A stretch of DNA of 64,000 nt from Oikopleura dioica (Eukaryota > Animalia > Chordata). The stretch spans positions 14,322,001-14,386,000 of the forward strand of contig OU015566.1 in the NCBI GenBank assembly GCA_907165135.1, read 5' to 3'. Within the stretch, counting starts at the first letter, position 1. Each line of letters starts with the position of its first letter. The notes beneath the pieces are model-generated. The model saw nothing but the letters and a program-made list of their open reading frames with translations, did not search any database and was not told where the DNA came from. Below are positions 39,222-49,247 of this stretch, one piece after another. Position numbers and translations under genes: made by a program.

Positions 39222-39952
39222 CCACTACCACCACTACCACTACTACCACCACCACCACCACAACCACAGAGCCTTCCACCGAGCCACCAACCACCGAGGG
39301 CCCAACCGTCGACTGCTCTCCTCTGACCCTCGACATGAGCACCAATAACTTCCAGCAGAAAACACCGGGTATTTACAACCCAGCCTCCAAGTATCCCTTC
39401 GGTCTTGGCTCTCCCCGATCTGCCTCTGTAAGTCCACGGTCTCCGCTCCTCCCTCCAACCCTCCATTTTTAGATCAAATACTTGATCAAGCAGTGGAATC
39501 TGCACAAGAGCGACTACCTCGGTTTCTTGACCTTTGGCCAGTTCTTCTGCGGCAGCGATTTCATCGAAGCCATCGATGATGGACGCCTTCGAATTGATTT
39601 CACCGACAACCGACATGTCTACGCTTACTCTGGCCAGACCGCCTACAAAGAGAACGGAAACTTCTCCAAGAAGACTCTCCAATTTATGTGAGTCCATTCT
39701 TTTTTTATCCTTTTTCCAAATTTTAATTCTAGCGCTCGAGGTTCCGACGCTGCCGTCTGGGGCGCCGGTAAATCTACCTGGGTCGACATCGTCTTCGTCC
39801 AAATCCACGGTATCGACACCATCGACTGGCAAGGCAAAGACATCGAAATGTGCTTCGAAAAAGCCAGAATCGGATTCGAAAACAACGCCAACGCTTACGC
39901 CGAAGCCGTCAACAACGACGTCAACTATGCTTCCTGCGTCGTCAACGCCTAA
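39222..39952 (+). CDS. Oikosin-like (larvacean house) protein: Thr-rich linker plus a ~180-aa Cys-bounded domain; 5' exon not found
   Basis: Three exons with clean GT-AG introns and strong C-ending codon bias. Contains DYLGFLTFGQFFCGSDFIEAIDDGRLRIDFTD and VQIHGIDTIDW..MC, which resembles from memory the repeated domain of Oikopleura oikosins. The family call is unverified. Confidence 0.7.
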
Positions 39953-40652
39953 TTCTTTTGAAAACTAGGCTCTACTCCCTTAAGTTCAACAATATATAAG
40001 AGTTAATAAATAGATCCATCTAATCCGTTCTATATATTGATGTCTGTATTGATGCCTGTATAAAATACAGTTTTTACAAATCAAGAAGCAGATTATTGAG
40101 TCATTTTTTGTCCTTTTGATCATTTCTCGAGAAATCAAAGAAGAAAACCTCTTCAAAGCAGCTCGGAATAAATGTCCACGTAAATTTACGACTCCGAATT
40201 TCGGTTCCGCGAAATTTCCTTTGAAATAAACGCGACTTTTCGACCTCATTTGCGCATAATTATTTATTCTTGATTTCAGTCGACTCTCTTTGATCCTTTG
40301 ATTTTTTCGCTGTAACCAAATTTCAAATTAGGAGTATGCATTACTTATCGCCCAAACTGATCTGTATACAAAAGCGATAGAGGCGAAATCCAAAGCTGAA
40401 GCTGGAAAGTAGGCCAGTTGGCTCTCATCAGCCGCGGCTGGGCAAACAATTAGGAGCAGCGAGATTCCCAATTGGCAATTGCTTATTCCAGCTGCTCAAA
40501 ATCAAGATTTTCGATCGTCTGATTCGATCCTCGCCGGATGGCGCAGCACAGTTATATAGGCCTCTCGCTCCGCTTCCCGGAATCATAAACACAGAAAACT
40601 AGAATTGTCAAAAACCCATTCCCATAAAGAAAAAAACGAGCAAGAGAAAAAA

Positions 40653-41291
40653 ATGAACGTCAGTAGCGAAATCTCCCAAATAGCCAAACCAGAGTTCCTC
40701 GCCTCGACGCCCAAAAGAAAATCTCTTCGAGAGCAGTATCAGAGCTTCTGCACGAGCAACGAGTCACGTGGCTACGGAACGATGAAGAGCTCCCATTTCC
40801 CGACTTCGAAGAAGACTTTGAAACCGGTTCCCAGTGGAGTCATTTCGCCTGTTTACGCCGATCGAAGCGGGCATTTTTCGTCTTTGGATCTGTCTTCGTC
40901 GCCGGAAGCGAAGATTCCCGCGCCGCCCTGCTCGATTCAAGATTCAGAAACGGAGAGCGAGTCCGACATCTTCTGGCCCAACGAGTTCGACCAAGACCTG
41001 GACCAGACGCCGACGAACGTTCCTCCTTTCCGTTTGACGCATCACTTGGCCTCGATCGACCTCTCCGTCGACCTGGATCAGCCGCTCCAGTGCCCCATTT
41101 GCCCGAGCACCTTCGCCACCGACCAAGCCTACTCGCGACATCAAGAAGAACACCTCAAGTCCCTGGGAACGCCTCTCCGAACCTCCGTGAGCTGCAGACA
41201 CTGCCAAAAGAAGTTCAAATCGAAGCTGAAGTTGAAACGGCACCACGATAAACATCACCCAGCCGAGATGAAAGTGCTGATGGTACTCTGA
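40653..41291 (+). CDS. Intronless protein with two C-terminal C2H2 zinc fingers
   Basis: CPICPSTFATDQAYSRHQEEH and CRHCQKKFKSKLKLKRHHDKHH. First ATG at 40653 within the ORF 40605-41291. Confidence 0.85.
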   Translation: MNVSSEISQIAKPEFLASTPKRKSLREQYQSFCTSNESRGYGTMKSSHFPTSKKTLKPVPSGVISPVYADRSGHFSSLDLSSSPEAKIPAPPCSIQDSETESESDIFWPNEFDQDLDQTPTNVPPFRLTHHLASIDLSVDLDQPLQCPICPSTFATDQAYSRHQEEHLKSLGTPLRTSVSCRHCQKKFKSKLKLKRHHDKHHPAEMKVLMVL

Positions 41292-42909
41292 GAAAATGTT
41301 TCATTCTGCTGTTTTTTCACGCTGGATTACTGTAATTTTCTGTAAATAAACAACGCCAAGGACAAGATCGAAATATCTTAATCGCGTTTTGGAATAATTC
41401 GATAATTTGTGTGAAGAGATAGAAAAATGCGAACTTGGCAGGAGCTCAATAAAGTCAACATTTTTCTTGAGCAAATACGAGCTTTTTTTTCTTGAAGAAA
41501 AGAAGCTTCCAGCAGTCAATTTTTTTACAAAATGAGAACGGCAATGAACGCTTGATTTTTATATAAAGCCATGCAGAAAAAATGAAATGTTTCTTTTCCT
41601 TTAGAAATAAGGTCGCGAAATTTGGCTGCGAAATAATGAATATAAATATTCAATAAAAACTGTTTGAAAAAATAAAATAGATAAAATTTGAAAAATCGTC
41701 TGTTATTTTCGTTCAGTTAATTTAGTCTTGAGCTCTATTTGTAGATTTGAATCAAAGAAAGAAGAAAAGATGCTCTTCCGATAAAGCGTAATTATGGCCC
41801 CAAAAGCATTTTCCAAGTCCGGTTTTATTGTCATTTATTTCCTAAACATTTCCCACAAGAGCAACTCAGCGCCAGCTTCGAAGATCATAAAACCATTCTG
41901 GAAAATACACAAAATCCAGTCTGATTCCAGTCAATCAGACGGTCGTAATTTATTACCGGAAATATTCAGTTCAATCATTACCTTGCTTCAAGTTTTAATT
42001 GAAAGTTAAGTTATTCAGAAAGTTTTTTTATTAAAAAACCGGGTCGGTTTTCTTCCTTGATTTCAATTCAAGTAAAAAAAAATTCTGAAAAATGACTCAT
42101 TGAAGTTCGCAAGTGACATTCCTAATAATTCGTGAAAAGCTGGTTTTGATCCGGCTGAGAACTTATAAGGTCAGTGCCGTAAAAAAGTGCGGCTCGAGTT
42201 TTAAAAATCCGTAAAAGCGCATATATCCTTTATCTTCCGCTCTCGGTGACGGTCGCCACGGGCCAGGAGTTAATGTCAAAACATAAAACCAGCCACTGCT
42301 GAGTGTTAAAGCGAACCTGTCTGAAATTGCCAGATTCGACACGTTTTTCATGATGCTGAACTTTACCCGCTAGAAAAACACAAAACAGTTACAGAGGCAT
42401 TTTTGAAATAGAGAAATCGCGAAATGCGCCGGATCCTGCTTCTAGGAAATTTGTTCAAAAGCTTCTTTTTGCTGTTTTACAGCTTTTGGACAAAAAAATA
42501 AGCTTTGCTAATTTTCGCAGGATTCGAAGAAGCTGCTGCCCTTTCCCGCCGAAAACAGAGAATCGAAGAAAATCGCCTCAAACGAAGATTATTGAAGGCG
42601 AACCGAAGAGCGGAAAGAGCAGATGAAAAGAAGCGCCGAGCGCTAGAAAGAGAAAACAGAAAGAAAGCCAAGAAACTCGAGCAAGAAAATTCTATTAGGA
42701 CCCGGTTGAGAGCATAAGCGCGTGTCCTGTGAAAATTGTGTCTTGAAAAATCCTTGTTGATTTCGATTTACGGAGCTGTTTTGAATTCTGACAAGCTGAA
42801 ACCTCCGTTTTCTAAAAATAACCTTGGCGGTTGTCTTTGAATTACGAAGTAGCTTTTTGTCTTCTTTCAAAATGTCACTTTTCTGTCAAGCTTAGTTTAA
42901 ATCAACCAG

Positions 42910-45815
42910 CTCAAAAGACGGCAGTTGCGCGACGACGACGGAGAATGGTCTCCCATCATCATCAAAACACCCACAGCCAAGTAAATAGTCAATTTATTAA
43001 TTGAAATCGATAAATTATGTTTCAAGACCGGAAACGCTCAAACCTCTAAGTCCCACAGTCCCTCCGACTACCACTACTACTACAACAACAAAGAAGCCAA
43101 CTACAACAACTACAACAACGACTTCTACAACCACGACGACGACGACCACCACCACCACCACCACGACAACAGAGCAATCTTCTAGCACTCAATTTGTTCC
43201 AGCAACGACAGAACCTCCCAGCTCAAGTTCAGGCACCGTTTCTGATTCTCAGCTTCATTCTTACTGTAGTTTATCGAAACCTATGTAGATTCTTCGTCGA
43301 CTGCACCAGCAAAACCGACAACAACAACGACTCATGCTCCAAAAACAACGACTTTGACGACGGAAAAAGTCACAACGACAACAAGTATGATGGAAATATA
43401 TGTTATCGCTTGAAATTCACTCCAAAAATAGCTACTCCTACATCGGACAGTGCCAATGCTGCTGGGAAATCGAAAAACAATGCAGAGGAAATCGCGGAAT
43501 TGCTGAAAGATCCGCAGTTTTATGAATCGATTGTGACGACTCTCAAGGAGAAAATGAAAGATGAACTTGTCGGCGAAAAGGGAGAAAAGGGCGATCCAGG
43601 AAGTGGCAGCCCTGCAGGAGCGGTTGGAGGAGGAATGCCAGGGGCAAAAGGTCACCAAGGCGATCGAGGGCCGATGGGACAGGAAGGCAAGCGAGGGCCT
43701 CCTGGACTTCAAGGTACTAGCGGAAACATTAAGTGACCAAAATCGTCCTTGAAAATATCGAATCCGCGGAGTCATCAATTTTTAGGATTACCTGGCGAAC
43801 CGGGGCCGAATGGAGAGCAAGGCTTAATGGGTCCTCCCGGAAACCCTGGAGAACCCGGAGAAAAAGGAAATACAGGCAGAAGAGGACACACTGGTGATCA
43901 AGGAGTTCCCGGGCCGATGGGCGAGCAAGGTGTTCCTGGAGAACCCGGATTAATGGGACCGATGGGCTTTGCCGGACCGCCAGGGCCAGAAGGACCGTCT
44001 GGGAAAGTCGGACCAAGAGGACTTGATGGCCCACCCGGACCACAAGGAGAAGCTGGAGAAAAGGGATTCAAAGGAGACATTGGCGATGCCGGCGCTCCCG
44101 GAGAAAAAGGAGCCGTTGGCGAAAAGGAATTCAAGGAAAAGATGGTTTGAAGGGCGATAAAGGTCCGCCGGGGCATAATGGCGACATGGGAGCTCCTGGT
44201 CCGATGGTAAGAAATCACTAAAAGTAAAATTTTATTTAAATTACAACAAGGGGCCTCCTGGTGATCGAGGACCAGCTGGACCCGCAGGTCCTATCGGACC
44301 GCAAGGACCTGTTGGTGTTCGAGGTGATCCCGGATTGGTTGGACCGGAAGGACCTGCCGGACCGCAAGGCGATGTTGGTCCACAAGGAGTTACTGGCTCT
44401 CCTGGCGCAAGAGGAGAGCCTGGCGATCCAGGTCCACCCGGGCCTCCTGGTCTGCCTGGTGTTCAGGGAAACAAGGGCCATTCTGGCGTTCCTGGAGAAA
44501 AAGGCGCAGGTTCGTTTTGAAATCTAGAGAATTGGTCGTTGCATATTCTAGAATTAAAAAATTTTAAGATGGAAAGCCTGGCCCGCCCGGTCCTGAAGGT
44601 CCACCAGGTGGAAAAGGAGAAAGAGGAATTCAAGGATATCCCGGTGAAAATGGAAATGTAAGAATCGCAAAGATAATGTGGGTTTTTGAATTTCATTTAG
44701 CCCGGAGGGAGAGGTGAGCCCGGTGGACAAGGGCCGATGGGTCCGCCTGGAATGCGAGGACCAATGGGTGGTCGTGGAATCGAAGGCCCGCGCGGGCCGA
44801 TCGGACAAAGAGGTCCTCCAGGAGCAATTGGCCCGATGGGACCGCCGGGAAAAGACATGGACGACGAGCGCGTCAGAGTAAGTTCAAAATCGTTAAAATA
44901 GAGTTAGTCATCTTTGTGAAGGATATTTGCTTGGGCCTGATAAATGAGCGAATGCGAAATGGCGGAGCAATCCGACGCGTTCTCAACCAACGACGAGGTC
45001 CTCCCGGCCAGCCTGGTCGACCTGGTTTGTCGGGCAGACCTGGCCCTCAAGGAATTCAAGGCATCGCTGGTGATCCTGGCGAACGAGGACACCCTGGCAT
45101 GCCCGGACCGCCTGGCAACGATGGAAACCCTGGTTCAAGAGGCGAAAAGGGCGATCGCGGTCAAGTTGGGCACGGACTACCTGGCGACCCTGGTATTCCT
45201 GGTCCTGCTGGCGAACGCGGTCCTCCTGGATTCGGAAGAGACGGCCAACGAGGAGCTAGTGGCTTACCTGGACCAAGAGGTCCTCCTGGGCCGCCGGGAA
45301 TGCAAGGCGTTGTTGGACCACAAGGAGTTTGTAATCCTTCTGATTGCGCGATGCGGTATCCGAGCAATGTAAGTCTGGGCCAAAAATAGAAAGAAATTTG
45401 CAAAAAAAAATGATCAAATAAATTTAATTGGCGACGATGAAAAGTAATGGTCGTTATTAAAGCAGCGCGGCCGTAAATCAGCATAACCATCAAATGGCCA
45501 CAAAACATGTCAACTAATCGAGCTATTTTAAGATCAAAGCGCCGCCGAAGGGACCGGCCACTGTTCCCGTGAACCCAGCGCCGGGAGAAGACATGGACTC
45601 CGGCGACGACGATGGCGCCTTCGGCGACGAAAGCAGAAACGACAATGGCGTTGTGGATCCGGCCGATTTTTCGAGCGCGATGGATGATTCTATTTCTGGC
45701 GGAATTCTGCCCAAAGCAGGTTTTATTTTTTGGTGAAATCAAGGAAGAGAAAAATCATTTTTTAGATGAAGGAGAGCCGGAGCTAATTTTGAGCAGAAGA
45801 AACTCACGAAATTAA
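42910..45815 (+). CDS. FACIT-type collagen with a Thr-rich mucin-like N-terminal region; 5' end unresolved
   Basis: Thr-rich exons 43025-43390; Gly-X-Y exons ~43570-45330; NC2-like [19 protein letters not shown]; COL1 with two imperfections; FACIT-type [11 protein letters not shown]; acidic tail exons 45533-45719 and 45766-45815. Two apparent -1 frameshifts near 44122 and 44171. Confidence 0.9.
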
Positions 45816-46871
45816 GAGAATTGTACAGTCAGCTTCTGGTAGCCAGCCGCTTACAAGAAAAAACAGCATATGAATTTTAACAACTGTATATTTTGAAAAA
45901 TAGAAATTCTGAAAATAAACAAAACTCATCAAGTCAAAAGGCTTTTCAGCAGAAGTTTTGCTGCAGAACAAAAGAGATATCTGAGTAGTGAAATCAAGGA
46001 AGAGTGACAACATAGGCTTGGTTACATTCTACTTACTTAATAGTAAAGCTGCACTTACTAACTATAAGAGCTTCTGTTTCCTCCATAATTTGAAAAAACT
46101 GATGACTCATATAATCATTCCGCTAATCTCAGTAACCATCCTTGATTCGGAGAGGATGTGGTTAGGGACACATCTACCCACCTTGCGCTGACTCCACGCG
46201 TTCCACCAACCACTAACAGGCCTTTTATCCAAATCGGAAGTGTTATCGCGCAATTAATTTTAAAAAGATACCTGCAAATCAAGCCCGTTTTTCGATCATC
46301 ATTTCTGCCGTAACGGCCTTGTTTAATTCAAAAATCACTAGTTTCTGAAAAGTGATCTGGCCCCGAAGTTTGATGGAAACAAACACGATCACAAGAACGA
46401 ACTCACCAAATCATTATAAACCAAGGCGAGAAGAGAAACGACGTCATTATCGTGAGTTGGATCCAGCTTTACAATAACACAAATGATCCTCGATTATGGC
46501 TGATTCAGTTTCAGTTTCACGAAAATTTCTTTTCTTCAGAAATTTTCCAAAGCAAAAAACTGAGTTACTAAAAGTCAAGGCCGGGATCGTTTTTATGACG
46601 TTTTCCGACATCTTCACCCCAACCACTAGAATTCCCTAATAACCTCCCTTTCGAAACGAAAATGTGCTCAACTGATTCGCATCCGGCCTGTCCAACTCAG
46701 CGAGAAAGATCGGCTATGCGCTGCTGCGGGAGCTAATGACGCGCTGGAATGGGTTAAATAGCCGCCCACTAGGAACATTCTTTTTGGAATTAATTTCGTA
46801 ACGCGCTGCCCAAATAATGGTTTTGGGCGACAATTGTCAATTGACACGTTTTTGCTTCATAAGATCAGTTT

Positions 46872-47321
46872 TTATTTCATCAAGAAAAACATCATCAAAA
46901 AGAAGAAAATGCTGCTCCTGACGAGTTTGGTCGCCTCGGCTCCAGAGCAATAAGTCTAAAAAACACAACATCCTCTATTTTTTGCTCCAAATCGACTTAC
47001 AATATCGCAAGTAGGGAAAAGGCCGTCCATGTAGTCTTCCGCGTAGTCAGCGAAACTCTCGTATTCCGAGTAGGTGTCGCAAATCTCGGCAAAATAATCA
47101 TCATTATCGATGAAATCTTTCAATATTTAGTCAAAAAAACTGTTCAAAAATCTACCTTGAGCCTCGTCGCATTCCTCCTCAGTTAAAATGTATTGCTTGG
47201 GATCTTTTTCTGGAAATTTTGCGGCTGCTTTTTGGCAATTTCTTCAAATCTAAATTGAAATTGAAAATGAAAAACCTGACTCTTTTTTTTCTTGCGTTTT
47301 GACTCGATCTGCGTTCTTCAT
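46872..47321 (-). CDS. Small Cys-containing protein with a C-terminal hydrophobic (GPI-signal-like) tail, paralog B
   Basis: MKNADRVKT | FEEIAKKAAAKFPEKDPKQYILTEEECDEAQ (needs one extra A at 47229-47233) | DFIDNDDYFAEICDTY...FPTCDI | TYCSGAEATKLVRSSIFFFLMMFFLMK*. The first intron shown (47295-47250) is GC-AG. Confidence 0.7.
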
Positions 47322-47415
47322 CTTTTTTGTTCTGACCTGCTTTGAGAACAGTTCGCATTTTATGGAAATGCAATTGATATTTTTCAATAGACTTCCGTTT
47401 TTGGAAACATTGTTG

Positions 47416-48081
47416 GATGATTTCAAAAAAAATTTCGCGGGCCCGGAAATCGTCAAAAAACTTCTTGTCTAGTTTTGTAGAGCTCGTCGAGAGGAGTCGA
47501 ATGATGTATCAAACTCCTGATAGTTTTAAGATTTACCGCCAAAAAGTGATAAGAAGGTGTCTTATCAAAGATTTTCTGACCAGCGCCGTTTTTGTTCTAG
47601 AAAAGCTGAGGTCATGCTTGACCCCGGAAAATGATCCTCATGATCTGTTCTATTACAGCAAAAATTTCAGCTCATGCATACGTATCCTGCTGTCCTTATC
47701 AGCGAAAAATCAAAAAATAGTGCATTTTGTTGTCGCTGCACGTTCCTAATTTCTGGCCCATTTCCAGTCCCATTCTCCTTGGAAAATGAAATTTAACGAT
47801 AAACTCGGCTGGGTATGATGACGGGCTGAAATTTTTGCTGTAATAGAACAGGTCATGAGGATCATTTTCCGGGGTCAAGCATGACCTCAGCTTTTCTAGA
47901 ACAAAAACGGCGCTGGTCAGAAAATCTTTGATAAGACACCTTCTTATCACTTTTTTGGCGGAAAATCTTAAAACTATCAGGAGTTTGATACATCATTCGA
48001 CTCCTCTCGACGAGCTCTACAAAACTAGACAAGAATTTTTTTGACGATTTCCGGGCCCGCGAAAATTTTTTTGAAATCATC
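47416..48081. mobile_element. 666-bp foldback element (copy 2)
   Basis: Same length, arms and spacer as 7992-8657. Flanked by TTG on both sides. Confidence 0.9.
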
Positions 48082-48133
48082 TTGCCTTGGAGAGACACTG
48101 TAACTAACAACTTCTGGGAGACAGTTATTGTAT

Positions 48134-48609
48134 TTATTTCATGATGAAAAGAGCCATCAAAATGAAGAAAATGCTGCTGACAAGATGATTCGCTGAAGCA
48201 GCGTCCGGTGCCCCTGGATATCCTCCTCGGCAGAATTTCTAAAAAATATCCACTCGTCATTGCTATTCTCTACCAAATTGCAAGTGGGAAACTCAGTGGA
48301 AGCCCAGTCTTCCATGTAATCGGCGAAGGCGACCGGGTTTTTCGAGCATTCTCGTTTTATTTGCCAGTCGTCATCGATGAAGTCTATAAAACGATGACTT
48401 TGTAAATTCTCATAACGGAAGAAAACTTACTTTGAAGTTCGCGACATTCTGATGGAGTCAGATAGGTGTATCTTGACTCGTCTCCGTTGAAATTGTCCAA
48501 CACATTTTGGGCGATTTCTTCAAACCTAAACCAAGTGATTTAATCTTAAAGATGATTGGTTATTCAGAATAACTTATTCTTACGTTTTCTGGTTGTCAAC
48601 GTTTTTCAT
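48134..48609 (-). CDS. Small Cys-containing protein with a C-terminal hydrophobic (GPI-signal-like) tail, paralog A
   Basis: MKNVDNQKT | FEEIAQNVLDNFNGDESRYTYLTPSECRELQ | NFIDDDWQIKREC...FPTCNL | KFCRGG...LVSSIFFILMALFIMK*. Intron positions and phases match paralog B. Confidence 0.8.
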
Positions 48610-48758
48610 TTTCAAAACTTGAATTTAAAAAATTTTGATTTTTGATCGGTCGGAGTGAGAATTTATCCTTCAAAAGACAATAGTTTTCCGGTAGAACAGC
48701 AGTTTCCCTGGTGCACTGACAGGAAGTACAGTAACTTCCTGGCACTAAAAGATTTTTA

Positions 48759-49247
48759 TTATTGCGGCTTTCGATAATAATAGCGATTTTCAGCTTGTAT
48801 TGACTGTATAGTGGCTTCGGAAGCAGCTGCCAGTTCTTTGAACTCTTGTAGGAAAAGACTTCTTCCTACAGAGGAAAAAAGCTGAGGTCTGATTTTGGTT
48901 TTTTTGAGAAGTGCGTTTCTAATTTTCAACGAGCGCGATTTCGGTAATTTCCAACTTGGGCCGTCATCAAAGCCGCAACCGGCCTTTTCTACCAACTGCG
49001 ATAAAGAAAACGTTACTCTGGAATCGCTAAGTGTCACGTGAGTGAGCCGAGCAGGTGTTCGGCCATTGGAGTGCCCGCCACAATCACGTAACTCCAATGA
49101 CGGATTATCTAGGAAAAAGTGGCTCGCGTAGAAGGACCCCAAAGTGGCACACTGATAAGAATTGCCCAGCAAGAATGAAGGGAAAATATACATAAGGAGT
49201 TTTGCACACGTTTCTCTTTTTATTTTTGAGACGAAAATTGTTAGCAT
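48759..49247 (-). CDS. 162-codon ORF, unidentified
   Basis: ATG-initiated open frame from the ORF track; no recognisable motif. Confidence 0.3.
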   Translation of the reverse strand: MLTIFVSKIKRETCAKLLMYIFPSFLLGNSYQCATLGSFYASHFFLDNPSLELRDCGGHSNGRTPARLTHVTLSDSRVTFSLSQLVEKAGCGFDDGPSWKLPKSRSLKIRNALLKKTKIRPQLFSSVGRSLFLQEFKELAAASEATIQSIQAENRYYYRKPQ

